The notes: generated by a model not told the origin, from the sequence alone. Positions 39,301-51,549 are shown, counted from the first letter of the stretch. The stretch is DNA of 64,000 bases from Antedon mediterranea (GCF_964355755.1 NC_092671.1:3100001-3164000); one strand, 5' to 3'. Numbers and translations: made by a program.

Positions 39301-42300
39301 AACATAATGCTGTACCAAACACCAGGTGTACTAATAACAGTTCAAGGGTTATCAAATAAAGGTGAATTTTTCTGACATTCTAATAATGTTTAGGACTATC
39401 TGAGGGCAGTAAAAATGTTAAATTGTCACATACCGAATACGACTACTTACCAATTGAACACTTATAATAATAAAAATTATCCCTTCTGGACCTTGGGTAA
39501 GATGCGTTGCTATCAAAGCTATCAACTGTATTATATTCAACATTACTCCAGCTTTCTCGTACAAGAGGGTCACGCTTTAAGTTCACATAGCTCAGCGTAC
39601 GGTCTTTGATAACAGTACCACGAGGCTCAAAACCCTAAAAAACAAATATTGATACAGTAATTATATTATATTTCACACATTTTCATGGGGCAATGCATAA
39701 TATGGGCCATAATATAGTATCCAATGATGTCGTCACAAGAAATAAAGTGGTAAGAAAAGGGAACAAACTCTGTTTAAGCCACTGGGTTGTCAAAGGCCTC
39801 TGTCAAAAAGTAGTCCGGTTGAAACCTTACCAACCGTACTGGTGGCTACAGCCCTGGTATCACATTTATAACTACCCACTGGGGTGTCAACACTAGTGTT
39901 TTGTGTGTGTTTAACCTCTATAGTTTAGCTTGGCAATGTATATTGGCATTACAACTTTTGACATTGTTAGGTTTTTTCATAAAAATTGAGAGGTATTTTT
40001 TAAAGTACCCCGAATGTTCCTCCAGTGATCGCTAAGCGAGTCACTAAAAAGAAAATAGACAATCCAAAGGTTCCACAGTCTACAATGCTCTTACCTTGAT
40101 AGGGTCTTCAAATCCTGGTAGGTCACGAAGGACAACAGATAAAACACAGAGAATGACAACCAATAGGAATATCAGTAGTAAAACAAGCCAGTAAAATCTA
40201 CTCAGCCAATCAGAATACCTGTTATAATAAATTGAGTCAATTGTATTCTTATTCATATTTTTTTTAAGTATCATTAGCCTACTTAGTAAAATTAAAATAG
40301 ATAACAATGTATTTTAGTATTTCTTAAGTCTTTTGTTATTATGGTAGGGTTTTTTTTTAAACAATGCTTTATACATTTCATGTATTAATATTACATTAGT
40401 TTCAAACTGATGTTTTCAACACAAAATATTTATAATGCTTATAAATTATGTATAAATCTTGCATTAATTTTAAACAGATATTTGCCGCAACACAAAACAT
40501 TTTGTGTTGAGAACACAGTTTAATATTAATATAGATTCCTACAAACCCAGGTGAATTATTGTGCATAAATTTAATTTAAATGTATAATACATAGATATTA
40601 CTACACTACAATTTAAATCCATAATTTTAATTTTAAAATAATATTACTACACTCTAAAACATACGAGCAAGTTGTTTTCATTGATAAAAATGGAGGTAAA
40701 AATACAAAAACTGAAATAGTTAAAAACTAATGGTATGGTGATGGTATAAAATGAAAAGCAAAATGGAATAAAGTTATGAATTCATTTTTCAATTATTTTT
40801 TTATATCTCTGACCATCGTCATCAATAATGACGATAAAAAATGATATAGATATTAAAAATAAGATGCCTTTTGAATACAATTGAGAAAACACAATTCTAA
40901 GAAATTGTCAATGTATTTTGATTAAGATGCAACTATGGCTGCTGTCTTTAATCAAATGAATATGTTATTAAGTATATGTGAAGAAAAAAAATGTCTTATC
41001 CAATCTGAATTTAATCCAATTTAACGATGTATTGTCCCCGAAAATTAATTCAAATGAAGATGAATAAACCAAACTTTGAATAAGGCCATTTTGAAGTTTT
41101 AATAAAGTTATTCACTTTCATCACAAAAATAATGATTTCGCTTACAAAAAAGGCAAAATAAAGTTTTAACCATTTAACCAGAAACCAATTGACTTTCAGA
41201 CCTGATGGACTTCAAATTGACTATTTTCCCCATAAAATTACAGTGTTTTTGTCTGGTAAAATTGTTATTCTTTTAATCAAATGTTGTGGTCAAATGTTGT
41301 GGTCAAATGTTGTGGTCAAATGTTGTAGTCAAATGTTGTGGTCAAAGTGAATAACTAATAATAAATATAAATTAATTAAAAACATAACACTTGAAGATTG
41401 GATATTAGAATTTTGATTAAAAAAAATGTAAAGTTATGAAACTGAACTGTAAGATTAATTAATAATTTGACTTGTAGCAACATTTGATGGATGGTAGACT
41501 GATGATAAATGTGTGTATTCATGCTCAGAGTCATGTGAAGGGTAGAGCATACTATGTTGTTCCTTATTTGATACTTATATTTTGACGTGCCTTTGATCCT
41601 TTATCTCCACAGATGCTAAAAAAGCCAAATTATGAGTGTGTTTAATTCTAATATTAATAATAATAAATAATAAGGGCTTACAAATAAAAATATCTTTAAC
41701 AGAATAAAAATGTTGAAAATAAACAAATTTAATATGCATAACAAGAAATATCAAAAGAAAGGTACAGTCAACTATTCCAATAGCGGACACTATTGAAAAA
41801 TTGCGGGCTTGCCTCTGGTTTTCAAGAAAGTCTGGTATTCTGAATGTGTTTTTAATGGTTGAAAGAACTTTTGAATCTCAAAAGAGGTCTGGTTTTGGGA
41901 GAGTTTACAGTTTCCGTTATTGGGGGAGTTGACTGTATTAAAAAAAAGTTATATTAAATTAGTAATTTGTAAACACAACAACAGAAAAAACAGTTTAGTA
42001 TAAAATTAAATATTTGTATGATAATTTATGTCCGGTATTATTTACTTACTTGTCCATGACCTTTGACATTCTTGATGGCTTAGTAGCAACTATAACATTA
42101 GGACTACACAGGAATAAAAGAACAAAAATTAATAAGTGATATATATGTCTAAATATGGTAGTGATATGACATCATCATGTCTATATGGACACATCATATT
42201 TTTTTGTCGCATAAAATTTGACAGTGTAGATAGTCTTAATTAATGAAATAACTATGCTTTTTTTACATCAAGAAAATGTGTGTATATAATGTGTGTATAT

Positions 42301-42898
42301 ATAAATTTCACTTTTTTTTTATTGTTGTCAGTGTTGACAATTATTTTTAAAGAGTTGACGTGGTTACATTAATCTTACAATCATCTTTTGGATGGCCTCA
42401 TAAAAGCAGTCGATCTTTCAACTCATAAATATTCATACAATATTATGACCTTTTTGACTGTCCATTGCATTTTGATGATCTTTTAGTTGACAATCAATTG
42501 AAAAACAATTATTTGAGAGTGCACAATTTAGCACAAAATGTGGTATGATCCAGTATTTAAATTATTTTCTAATAAAAGGGTATTATTATTTTGCATTATC
42601 CTGTGCAGAAACAGGCTCTAAAACCAATAATAATAGTTTAATAATTTATCCTTTTTGTAAACAAAAAATGGTTGTAGAATTTGTAATGCACTTTACATAA
42701 CCAAATCATACTTAAAGTACTGTACTTAATACCAGGAAATACAATAAAGTATTTCTAAACCAAAATGTCAACATATGAACCAGAGTATAATTTCACTTTG
42801 CTAGATTTAGCCTTTGTACAGGCTACACACCTGTGTGACTCAGCATCCGGTTGTGATTTCATTTCATCAGTTTCCTTGACTTGATCTGACATCTCCAT
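36307..42898 (-). CDS. DISP1: Protein dispatched homolog (SSD/RND multi-pass transporter, Hedgehog-release family)
   Basis: Phase-consistent exons 42898-42831 (ATG), 42103-42050, 40218-40095 (TM1, LPGFEDPIK), 39634-39451 (GFEPRGT hallmark, RSRR) and 38714-36307. The last exon has SSD FFPFLN, TM4 IGADDTF, IRCFGVYAG, and TM10 GWELNILESV...GLSVDFTIHY. Probable 5' UTR exon about 44140-43929. Paralog identity not resolved. Confidence 0.9.
39182..39287. mobile_element. Harbinger-type MITE family A (deleted copy)
   Basis: AGCTCT...GGCACATCACATTTTTTTGTCACA...GATAGTGTAGACAGAGCT. Confidence 0.75.
41278..41346. repeat. 13-bp tandem repeat (CAAATGTTGTGGT) x5
   Basis: Direct reading. Confidence 0.9.
41765..41935. 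mobile_element. Tc1/mariner-type MITE
   Basis: TA|CAGTCAACTATTCCAATAGCGGA...TCCGTTATTGGGGGAGTTGACTG|TA. Confidence 0.75.
42130..42235. mobile_element. Harbinger-type MITE family A (partial)
   Basis: AAATATGGTAGTGATATGACATCATCATGTC...TTTGACAGTGTAGATAG. Confidence 0.7.
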
Positions 42899-42930
42899 TT
42901 TAACTGTAAAATCAAACAATACATGTTATT

Positions 42931-43105
42931 CAGGCCTTGGCTTTTGAAAATGTGTGCTACAAATTGCACTCATTCACAGCTGCTGTAGGTGTGCTGTTTG
43001 TATTTTGGTGTGTAGAAGTTTACCAAATTTAAGCGCAATTCAAGGGCGTTTTAGGAGTGTGTTAGGTGAGTGATCACACTCACTCACCTCAAAAGACAAG
43101 GCCTG
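42931..43105. mobile_element. Short TIR element (CAGG...CCTG) with 6-bp direct flanks
   Basis: CAGGCCTTGGCTTTTGA vs TCAAAAGACAAGGCCTG; GTTATT at 42925-42930 and 43106-43111. Confidence 0.75.
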
Positions 43106-44139
43106 GTTATTGTTATGACATGAACTACCTTAGTCCATGATGGATGCTTACTCATTATAAGCGGTAAATCATGTGACATGAACTGTGACAAATTGGTAGC
43201 CTCAAGAAACCAACGATTCGACGAAGTGAACACATTGAAATGAACTACACTGAATCCATGGCTTTACTCACGTCACGATCTATACAGTTGATTTTTAATT
43301 AGGTTGTATAATAATGGAGATCAGTGTTTTCTGATCTGTAACAGAGTGTAATAAAATTGACAATAACGCTAACAATGCAAGGAACTGAACAAAGAGTCAC
43401 ACACTGTTAAAAAAGAAAGTAATTTCAAAGCATCCTGTATGCTATCGTCATACTTACCTAAATACCCTCTCTCCTTTCTATTGTGTTAAACTTTATAATA
43501 GTACCCTGTATATTCTTGTATCCTTATGTTATGCTTTCTCTGTCAAACAAGAATAAATCAATGCGATATATTTAACAGTAATGACGAAAGTGTAAACAAT
43601 ATAAAAATATGACAAATTTATAATCAGGAAAAAACCAAGCCAGTACCATACTATAGTACTAGGCATAAAAACAACTTTCTGGACAGAGATTAAGTGATTG
43701 AATATTCAGTTATGGAGATATTATTTCAATAAAAATTTGCTTTACGTATGCAAGACAAAATTTACACAAAACAAGGAAGGGAATCCTTTTGGTCACGATG
43801 GAATTTCTACACTTGTACACGGATGTGGTTAAACTTTTTATTTTCATGAAAGTGATTTGGCGTGCTGTGTAGACAGTAGAGTATAGCTTATTCATGCTTC
43901 CTATCTTTAGGTGCAACACAACTATTACCTTGTTACATGTGTAGAACATCATTTGTTACTCGAAAGAAGTGCATTAAATTGAACCAGCCTAGGTTGTGAT
44001 TTTCCCGGTGGTGTCAGCTGATAGAGATCTGACTGGGATTTCCCGGTGAATGTGCCGGTGGAATAGCCGGTGGTTTGACCTTTGTTGGCGATGACGAAAG
44101 TGAGATGAGAGCAGTAAGAAAAAAACTTAAAAAACACAT

Positions 44140-44360
44140 ACCAATCAAGTCTGATATATCCACATACTACATACAGTATGATTTATTTCCCTCTTCTTTT
44201 CCAAATATTGTTGAAGATCAAAAAATACCAGAAAAAGAGCTTGTTTTATAAAATGAATTTTGACAACACTAAATTTTGACAACCATCGTACGATTACTAA
44301 ATTGAAATGCGGATGCGAAAAGTCTATTAGTCCAAATATTTTTCTGTAGAGAGAGGGCGG
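44140..44360. promoter_or_regulatory. Probable bidirectional promoter shared by the DISP-like (-) and ACOT-like (+) genes
   Basis: Divergent candidate first-exon donors at 43928 (- strand, AAG|GTAAT) and 44440 (+ strand, GTAAGA); CCAAT at 44141; GC-box-like AGGGCGG near 44354. Confidence 0.5.
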
Positions 44361-44752
44361 AATTCAATATTTTTGTTTTGACTTTGATTTGTGTTGTTGG
44401 TCTCTCTCGTTTTTTGTGATTAAATTAGCTTTTCAGATAGTAAGAGTATGTATTTATTTTATTTAGTACGGTGCATGTAACATGCAACCTAATATAAACA
44501 ATCAGGACTTGTCTAGGCCTAGGCCTAGGTGTCTCTTTTCTTAGAGTAGGCCTAGCTAGGGCCGCGGGTGCTGCCGGTCGTGTGTAGGCCTACTGACTGT
44601 ACTGTAGGCTGACCTCACCAGGCTAGTTAGAAGAGGCTAGGCCTAACATATTTCTTTCCAAAGTACTCATGTGAATGCAACAATTGACAGAATTTGTATT
44701 TTGTTCTGAATATATTGTTTTCCAACTCTAGCCTAGGCTTACATTTTTAAAT

Positions 44753-45682
44753 ATGAGTATGTTATTTGCAGACGACACCAAGTTGTATAGAGTGGTCAAT
44801 AACATTGATGATGCAGATTTATTTCAAAGAGACATTGACAGTGCTTCCCATTGGTCTAATGTTTGGCAATTGCCTTTTAATGACACTAAGTGTAAGGTAT
44901 TTCATTATGGTCGTGATAATCCCAATTTCTTGTATTCAATGGCTGGTAATTTACTACATGAGGTAAAGCAGGAGAAAGATCTAGGTGTTACCTTTGATCA
45001 TAGTTTAATCTTTAATTTGCATGTAGCGGATATTTGTAAAAGAGCTAATAAGAAACTAGGAATGATTTATAGATCTTTTAAATTCTTGAATAAAGATGGA
45101 TTTTTGAAGCTGTATAAGTCTATTGTCAGGCCAACGCTTGAATATTGTAACACTGTTTATAATCCTATTAGAAAACGAGATCAGGATGAAATAGAGAAGG
45201 TCCAGCAAAGAGCAACAAGATTGATTCCTAGGTACCGTAATATTCCTTATGAACAACGTTTGAGAATTCTTGGTCTTCCTACCATGAGATATCGAAGGCA
45301 GAGAGCAGATATTATCCAAGTTTTTAGGATTGTTAAAGGTTTCGATCGTATTTCGATCAACACATTTTTTGAATTTGATCTAGAATCTCGGACCCGTGGA
45401 CACCCATATAAACTCAAGTTTAAAAGCTCTCGTCTTAATATTAGGAGGGACACGTTCTCCAGGAGAGTTATTCTCTTATGGAATACTCTGCCTATGGATG
45501 TAGTTTCATGTGCTACGGTGAACTTGTTCAAAGCAAAACTTAACGTCGCATGGTCTAACCACCCGCTGAAGTTTTCACCCTATATAGAATATGATTTTAT
45601 TGCTAAGAGGGGCTTTTAAGCACTGAGTGCTTCGCCTCGATCCCGTAGACGAAAGTGTACGGGAAACAAGTAAACAAGTAAA
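44753..45682 (+). mobile_element. 5'-truncated CR1-clade LINE (RT C-terminal half, 3' UTR and tail)
   Basis: Uninterrupted 288-aa ORF with LFADDTKLY, WQLPFN..KCKV, EKDLGV, LYKSIVRPTLEY, EKVQQRATRLIP and RTRGH. 3' hairpin CCCGTAGAC-GAAA-GTGTACGGG and (AAACAAGT)2 tail. Confidence 0.92.
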
Positions 45683-45797
45683 AAACATGGAGTAAAGAAT
45701 AAGTTACTCCATGCCATGGTCAAAATTAAAAATGTTTTTGATTTTTTGATATAATGTATAATTAATTATACAGTATTTGTTTTCTAGGTCAGTCAGA

Positions 45798-48700
45798 ATG
45801 CTTAAATTCATCCAGAAAATTCCATTGACGTCCATTTTTGCAATCAATAGAGGGTGCTATCCGCCGTCCTTGTATGGTCCACAAGGATGGATATCACTAT
45901 GTGGCAAGTATGTAAGTCTTCAATAAAATAATGTATTATATGATGAGTAAATTGTAAAGCTCTGTCTACACTCTCAATCTTTATGTGACAAAAAAATGTG
46001 GTGTGCCCATATATGGACATGATGATGTCATAGTACTACCATACTTGGGTATATCACTACCATATTTGGGCACATCACACTTTTTTTTCAAATTTGTTTG
46101 ATATTGTAGACAAAGCTTAAGGTTTGTACAGTTTGGCTGTAACAAAATAACTGCTCCTGTACCACTACTAATGGCAAATAAGCTAACTAATAGCCACAGC
46201 TTTCTTTATGCATATTTCTATTTTTCACAGTATACAACATAGAAAATCAATACATATACAAGTTTCGCCTTCACCCTGCCTAGCTGATCAATGTCCTACG
46301 ATTTGTGTGAAAACCGCAAAACCAGATTCAGAATACACGATTAAAGGCTGTATAAAGCAAAGTAATAACACGTTGATGTCATACGGTCACTTCAGGTCGT
46401 CCTCAACTGGTGAAATTGACCCCAGTCAGCAACCATCAAACGGTGGCACATATACAGGTACGTGAAAGGATGTTTACCATCCACCGGGGCTGGTAAGGTA
46501 ATATTTTTGCGACGGGCTGTTTTTCCACTTCTATTTCTCTCACATCAACCACCAATTAACAATTGGAAAGTACTAACCAATCAGCTGATATCCTGTCTGG
46601 CAGATAAAGAGTGTTGATGTTATACTTTTAAAAAAGATGCTTTTGTATAGTGTCGGGATAGGCTATATACAGTTTCCCATGTGGGGTAAAGTTGCTGTCA
46701 GAAGACCTGATACTGAGTTATGTTTATTGTCACTAGACATGATACTGCTTGTGTATCTGGTTAGTACTGTAAATGATTGTAAAAGTTACTTTACCGTTAT
46801 CAATTGTTTAGGTGTTGATGGAGCTGGTCTTCTATGGAGCCTACAATTTCCTGTTAAAGAAATGACAGTGCTACGTGTCAAAGGTCTAGATGTCTTAAAA
46901 CCACTCCACATGGACTTCACTGTTCATGAAGGCACACTGACTGCTGAAGAGCTGGAGAACTCTTGTGCGGTTGCCGAATGCCAATTAGAAAGAACGTTTC
47001 TGTCAAAAGATTTAGAATGTCAAGAAGTATCAGAAGGGCGGTTACGAGGGCTCATCTTTAAGCCACCTGGTATGTTATTCATTCATTCAATCATTATTTT
47101 ATGAATCTTTGGTCCATAGAAAGTAATAAGCCACCTGATATGTTTTAAGCCACTCGGTATGTTTTATGCCACCTGGTATGTTTTATGCCACCTGGTATGT
47201 TTTAAGTTTCACACTATTCTTTTTCATTTATCTTATCTATAACATATAAAGATTTTCCTAATATTACCCACACTCATGTTCCATGGATAAACATAATTTA
47301 TTTGTTTTTTCAGGCAAAGGGCCTTTTCCAGGAGTCATTGACATGTATGGTACAGCAGGTGGCTTGAAGTCCACGAGGGCAGCACTCCTAGCTTCTTGCG
47401 GCTTTGTTACGTATTCTTTACCATTTTTTGCTTACCAAGACCTTGTCAAATTATTGATGGAAGTTGAGTTAGAATATTTTCAGGTATCAAACTTTTGTTT
47501 ATATTTTTATAAGATCCTACTAACAAGCCTCTTTTTAATCTATATTTTGAGATCCTATCCACATGTTTCTTTGCCTGGTTGACGTTTGATGAGTGGAAGA
47601 TTCCGGACTGTTCCATTTTTATTTTGAGGGATTCTGAAATTCATTCGGTTTGTTTTTATGTTGCTGCAAGATAGTTTGTACAAAATTTAGCTTATGGCCA
47701 TTGGAATATATAATCAATTTATGTATGGACTGAGCCGTTGAATCCGACAGATCTGGTTTCTTTCTGAAACTTTCTTATAATATATAAAATATATTATATT
47801 CCTTTGACTTCCTTTCAATGCATTTGAATGTCTCCAATATAACAGTAACAATAAATAAATCTATATTATGAGAGAGTTTGTCTGTCTGTTTGTTTGTCTG
47901 TTTGTTTGTTTGTTTGTTCGTTATACAAAATTTTGTTACGGCACATAATCTTACATATGGGGTATCAAAATGACCGCAATTGTACCGGGAATGTTCTAAG
48001 CTATATTTCAACATCATCTGCCACCTAGGATCCAAGTTAGGGACCAAAATGTGGTCAAAACCCCCACTTTCGATGTTTGTTCGTTATACAAATTTCTGTT
48101 TCTGCACGTAACCATACGTATGGGGTATCAAAATGATGGCAATTGTACCCGGAAGGTTTTAAACTACATTAAAAAAAATTCCTGGGGTTTTTGTGGGAGG
48201 GGTGGGGGGTGGTGTGGTGGTTTGTGATGTCATTTTTGCTAGGGCTCGGGGTTGTAGGCTATCGAATTGTAAAATTATACTACAAAAGTTCTACAGTATT
48301 TTAATTATCCTCAGCAAGGCGTTTGGGGAAATATAGATATAGATATACATATTTTATTCATTAACCAATATGACACCTATTCAATTACACATTTAGCAAA
48401 GTACTTTAACCATATCCAGCTATGTATCGGTCTCTTGGATTTTCTCATTACAGACATCCATTCCTATGTGAACATACACACGTTGTTTACCGTTACTGTG
48501 TTCAACTACATCACCATGCCTCCAAGGAAAAAACTTGGGGTTGGGTGTTGTTTAAGGGATAGTGGGGGTTTTGCTTAGACCAGAATTGTGTTTGGAAAAT
48601 GTTAAAGTATTTAATTATTCCTGGGAAGCGGCTGGGAGTTTGGGGTGGGGATGTAGGCCTATCACCATGACCGAAACTGTATTTGGAATGTTTTAAACTA

Positions 48701-51505
48701 CATTTGAAAACTGCCACTGAGGGATTATGGGTTGGGAGTGATAATAACATAATTTGTACTGGAACCGTCTTCAACACATCACCCAGTGTATCTGGGGTGT
48801 GTTTGTAGGGGGAGGTGGAAGAGCGAAAATACTGGCGTAATGAAGTAGCCTATATGCTTGGAATTGTACTAGGAAAAGTTACTATATTTGAACTGTCTAG
48901 AGGAGGAGTTAAGGTTTGTTGATAGTGGCTGGGGTGGTGAGAGGAGAAAGAAGGCTTGGGGCCCGCAGTATCTAAATTAGATATTTTAATTATCAGTCAA
49001 TATGACACCTATTCATTTACACAATTTACAACATACTTCAACCATTATTAGACCCATCATAGCTATGTATACTCCTCTCAATTTGAAGCTTACGTTGAAT
49101 TGAATTTGTCCATCACTGGGAAGAATTTGTTTTTAAAAAAGAGTATGGGGTGGTATTGAAGAAGGGTGGAGGTTGGTGAATATAGACAGATACTGGCGTC
49201 GGGTGTTGAGAAGGCTTTAAACTAATTTTGAAACCCGCCCTGGGGCGGGTATAATTGCTAGTATACTATATAATCAAGCAAAAATAATCATCATATTGTT
49301 ACAGGAAGCTTTGCTTTGGTTTTCATCTCAAGAATATGTTGACTCGTCCCGAGTTGGAATGCTTGGAACCTCAACGGGCGCTATCATTAGTATGGTTATA
49401 TCGACAATGATGCCTGATATGGTAAACTTTTTTTCGTTTTATTAATTTTTCTTTTTTTTCCTTTTTTTCCTTTTTTAAAATAAAGTTTACACTAGTTGGA
49501 AGCATTCACTTTGTAGGTACGAGCTATAGCATGTGTGAACACAACTCATAAACATTCTATTATTAACTTTTTAGGTACGAGCTATAGCATGTGTGAACGC
49601 AGTGCATCATCATGTATTATCACCATTTTTATACAAAGGAGAACATTTACCTTTCGTATCGTAAGTGATACAATTTAATTTTTTTTTTCATTGTTCATAA
49701 CCTGGCCTCCGAAATTTACTGAAATTGATTTTAATTGTACTCAAACCAACATCATCTGATACTGACTGCCAACTTTTTGGCTTATTTTCACAATCACATT
49801 ATTTTAGTGTAACTGCCATAGCAGCTAATTTTATGGTCTATAAAAAATAACGATTGAAAAAGAGACAAAGCAAACTTTATATTTAACAAAAAAACCATTG
49901 ATTTTGAAGTTTTACAAATATTTCAGTGCTTTATATAATTTTGGCAAAAGGAGCTATATAAATTCCATTATTACTGTATTATTATCTCTCATTTTTAATA
50001 TTACAGGTATGATGTCAATCAATTTAAAATCGAAAACAATGAAATTCGTGTTTTAAATGGCATTTCTGATCAACTAAATAATGCTACAGAAGAGACAGTA
50101 ATACCGGTAATACAAGTGTATTCCTTATGAATTACAAATAGATAACTGAATATTATATATAATAAAATATATCCAATTCTTAGTATTCTGTTATTTTTTT
50201 TAAATTTCTTTTTTAAAATTTCATACGCATCCAACAGCGAGTAACTCGCCAATTACAGGATGGATAAACTATTATAATTTATCGTGCTTATAAACTAAGT
50301 CTTATTTGAGGCTTAGGTAGTGTAGTTAACAGAATCGTTAGTTACAACCCTAGGTCAAGATTGAACCCTAGATTTGGGTTTGGAAGGCAAGCATGTTAAC
50401 CACCAAGCTACAGCTCCACTATTACCTCTATAAAACTGTGTGTGTCTACAGATTTTCCAGTTTAAGACACATTTCTGAATACAGTATCACATGTGACTCA
50501 TGAAAATGTCACATGTGATGCTATATGATGATGATATAGATACAGATGTATACAAAATATTAAATTATTTTTCAGATTGAAAAATCGAAGGCAGATTTTC
50601 TTTTCATAGCAGGAGAGGATGACCAGATATTAACCACTCGTGATTCCGCATTTAAATTGGCTGAAAGACTAAGTAAGCATGGTCACCACAAGCATGAGGT
50701 AGTGCTATATCCTGGTACTGGTCATCTAATTGACCCAGGGCTACTACCAGTGTCCAACAAGACACGCCATCCAATGAGCGGTAAGTTTAGTCTTTAATAT
50801 TAACAACATTTTTATACAACACGCTTAAAGGGTACCTCCAATTGGTGCTACATGAATTCTTATAATGTTATTATGGTATGCGGAAAAACTGTGTGTTTGT
50901 CTCATGTAGAATCCTAAGAGAGTTTCCACTCAACCGCCCTATGCGTTTTGTGTAAATGGTCAAGAAATAACATGGATTCCATATCTTACCGTTACTGCTC
51001 GCCTGTGTAAATTGATCTTAAAGATGTGTTGTCCCCCAAAAATATGAAAAATAAAGATTAATTAAATCAGAATTTGAATCAATTATTTTGAACATTTAAT
51101 AAAGTTAATCAAAAGTTTGCACTTATAACATGACAAAATAAATGGTTAAATTCAACCAAAAGCCTATTAAAATTGCATATTCAACAGAAAAAATTGTTAA
51201 GAATTATTTTTTTTCAGGAGGCCAATACACCTTTAAAATGAAAAGGTCCTATAACACCAATTTAATAAAAAAGGGTCTTATTTCATAAATCTGCTTTCCT
51301 GCTGACGAAATATATATTATTATCAATGGTTGTTGCAAATGTTTATATTTCATAATAAACAATAGACACAGTCCTACCCTTAGTTTTTTAAATATTTTTA
51401 GGTGAAATGTTATTGGTCAGCGGAGGACAACTGAATGACCACGCAAAAGCTCAACAGCATTCATGGCAGAAAATCAAAGAATTCTTTAAAAACACGTTGG
51501 CGTAA
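45798..51505 (+). CDS. Acyl-CoA thioesterase / bile acid-CoA:amino acid N-acyltransferase family (type I ACOT, alpha/beta hydrolase)
   Basis: Phase-consistent exons 45798-45907, 46231-46457, 46812-47069, 47314-47483, 49305-49421, 49575-49660, 50007-50106, 50576-50780 and 51402-51505. Motifs GGTYTGVDGAGLLWSL, GPFPGVIDMYG, nucleophile elbow GTSTG, GEDD, YPGTGH and HAKAQQHSW. Confidence 0.92.
45958..46117. mobile_element. Harbinger-type MITE family A
   Basis: TAA TSD on both sides; family TIRs. Confidence 0.85.
47860..49261 (+). mobile_element. Non-autonomous Helitron in an ACOT intron
   Basis: Inserted between A and T. Starts TC(TATATTAT) followed by a GTCT/GTTT microsatellite. Ends with hairpin ACCCGCCC-TG-GGGCGGGT, 7 nt, then CTAG. 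No TSD. Confidence 0.85.
50290..50421 (-). mobile_element. tRNA-derived SINE copy
   Basis: Reverse complement TAGTGGAGCTGTAGCTTGGTGGTTAACATGCTTGCCTTCCAAACCC...GGGTTCAATC matches 23845. Confidence 0.75.
51022..51232. mobile_element. TTAA-flanked MITE (Kolobok/piggyBac-like)
   Basis: TTAA|AGATGTGTTGTCCCCC...GGAGGCCAATACACCT|TTAA; related decayed copies near 41022-41280 and 16155-16455. Confidence 0.65.
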
Positions 51506-51549
51506 AATTTATTACAATTAAATCAGAGTTATAGTAGTTTAAAATGTTA

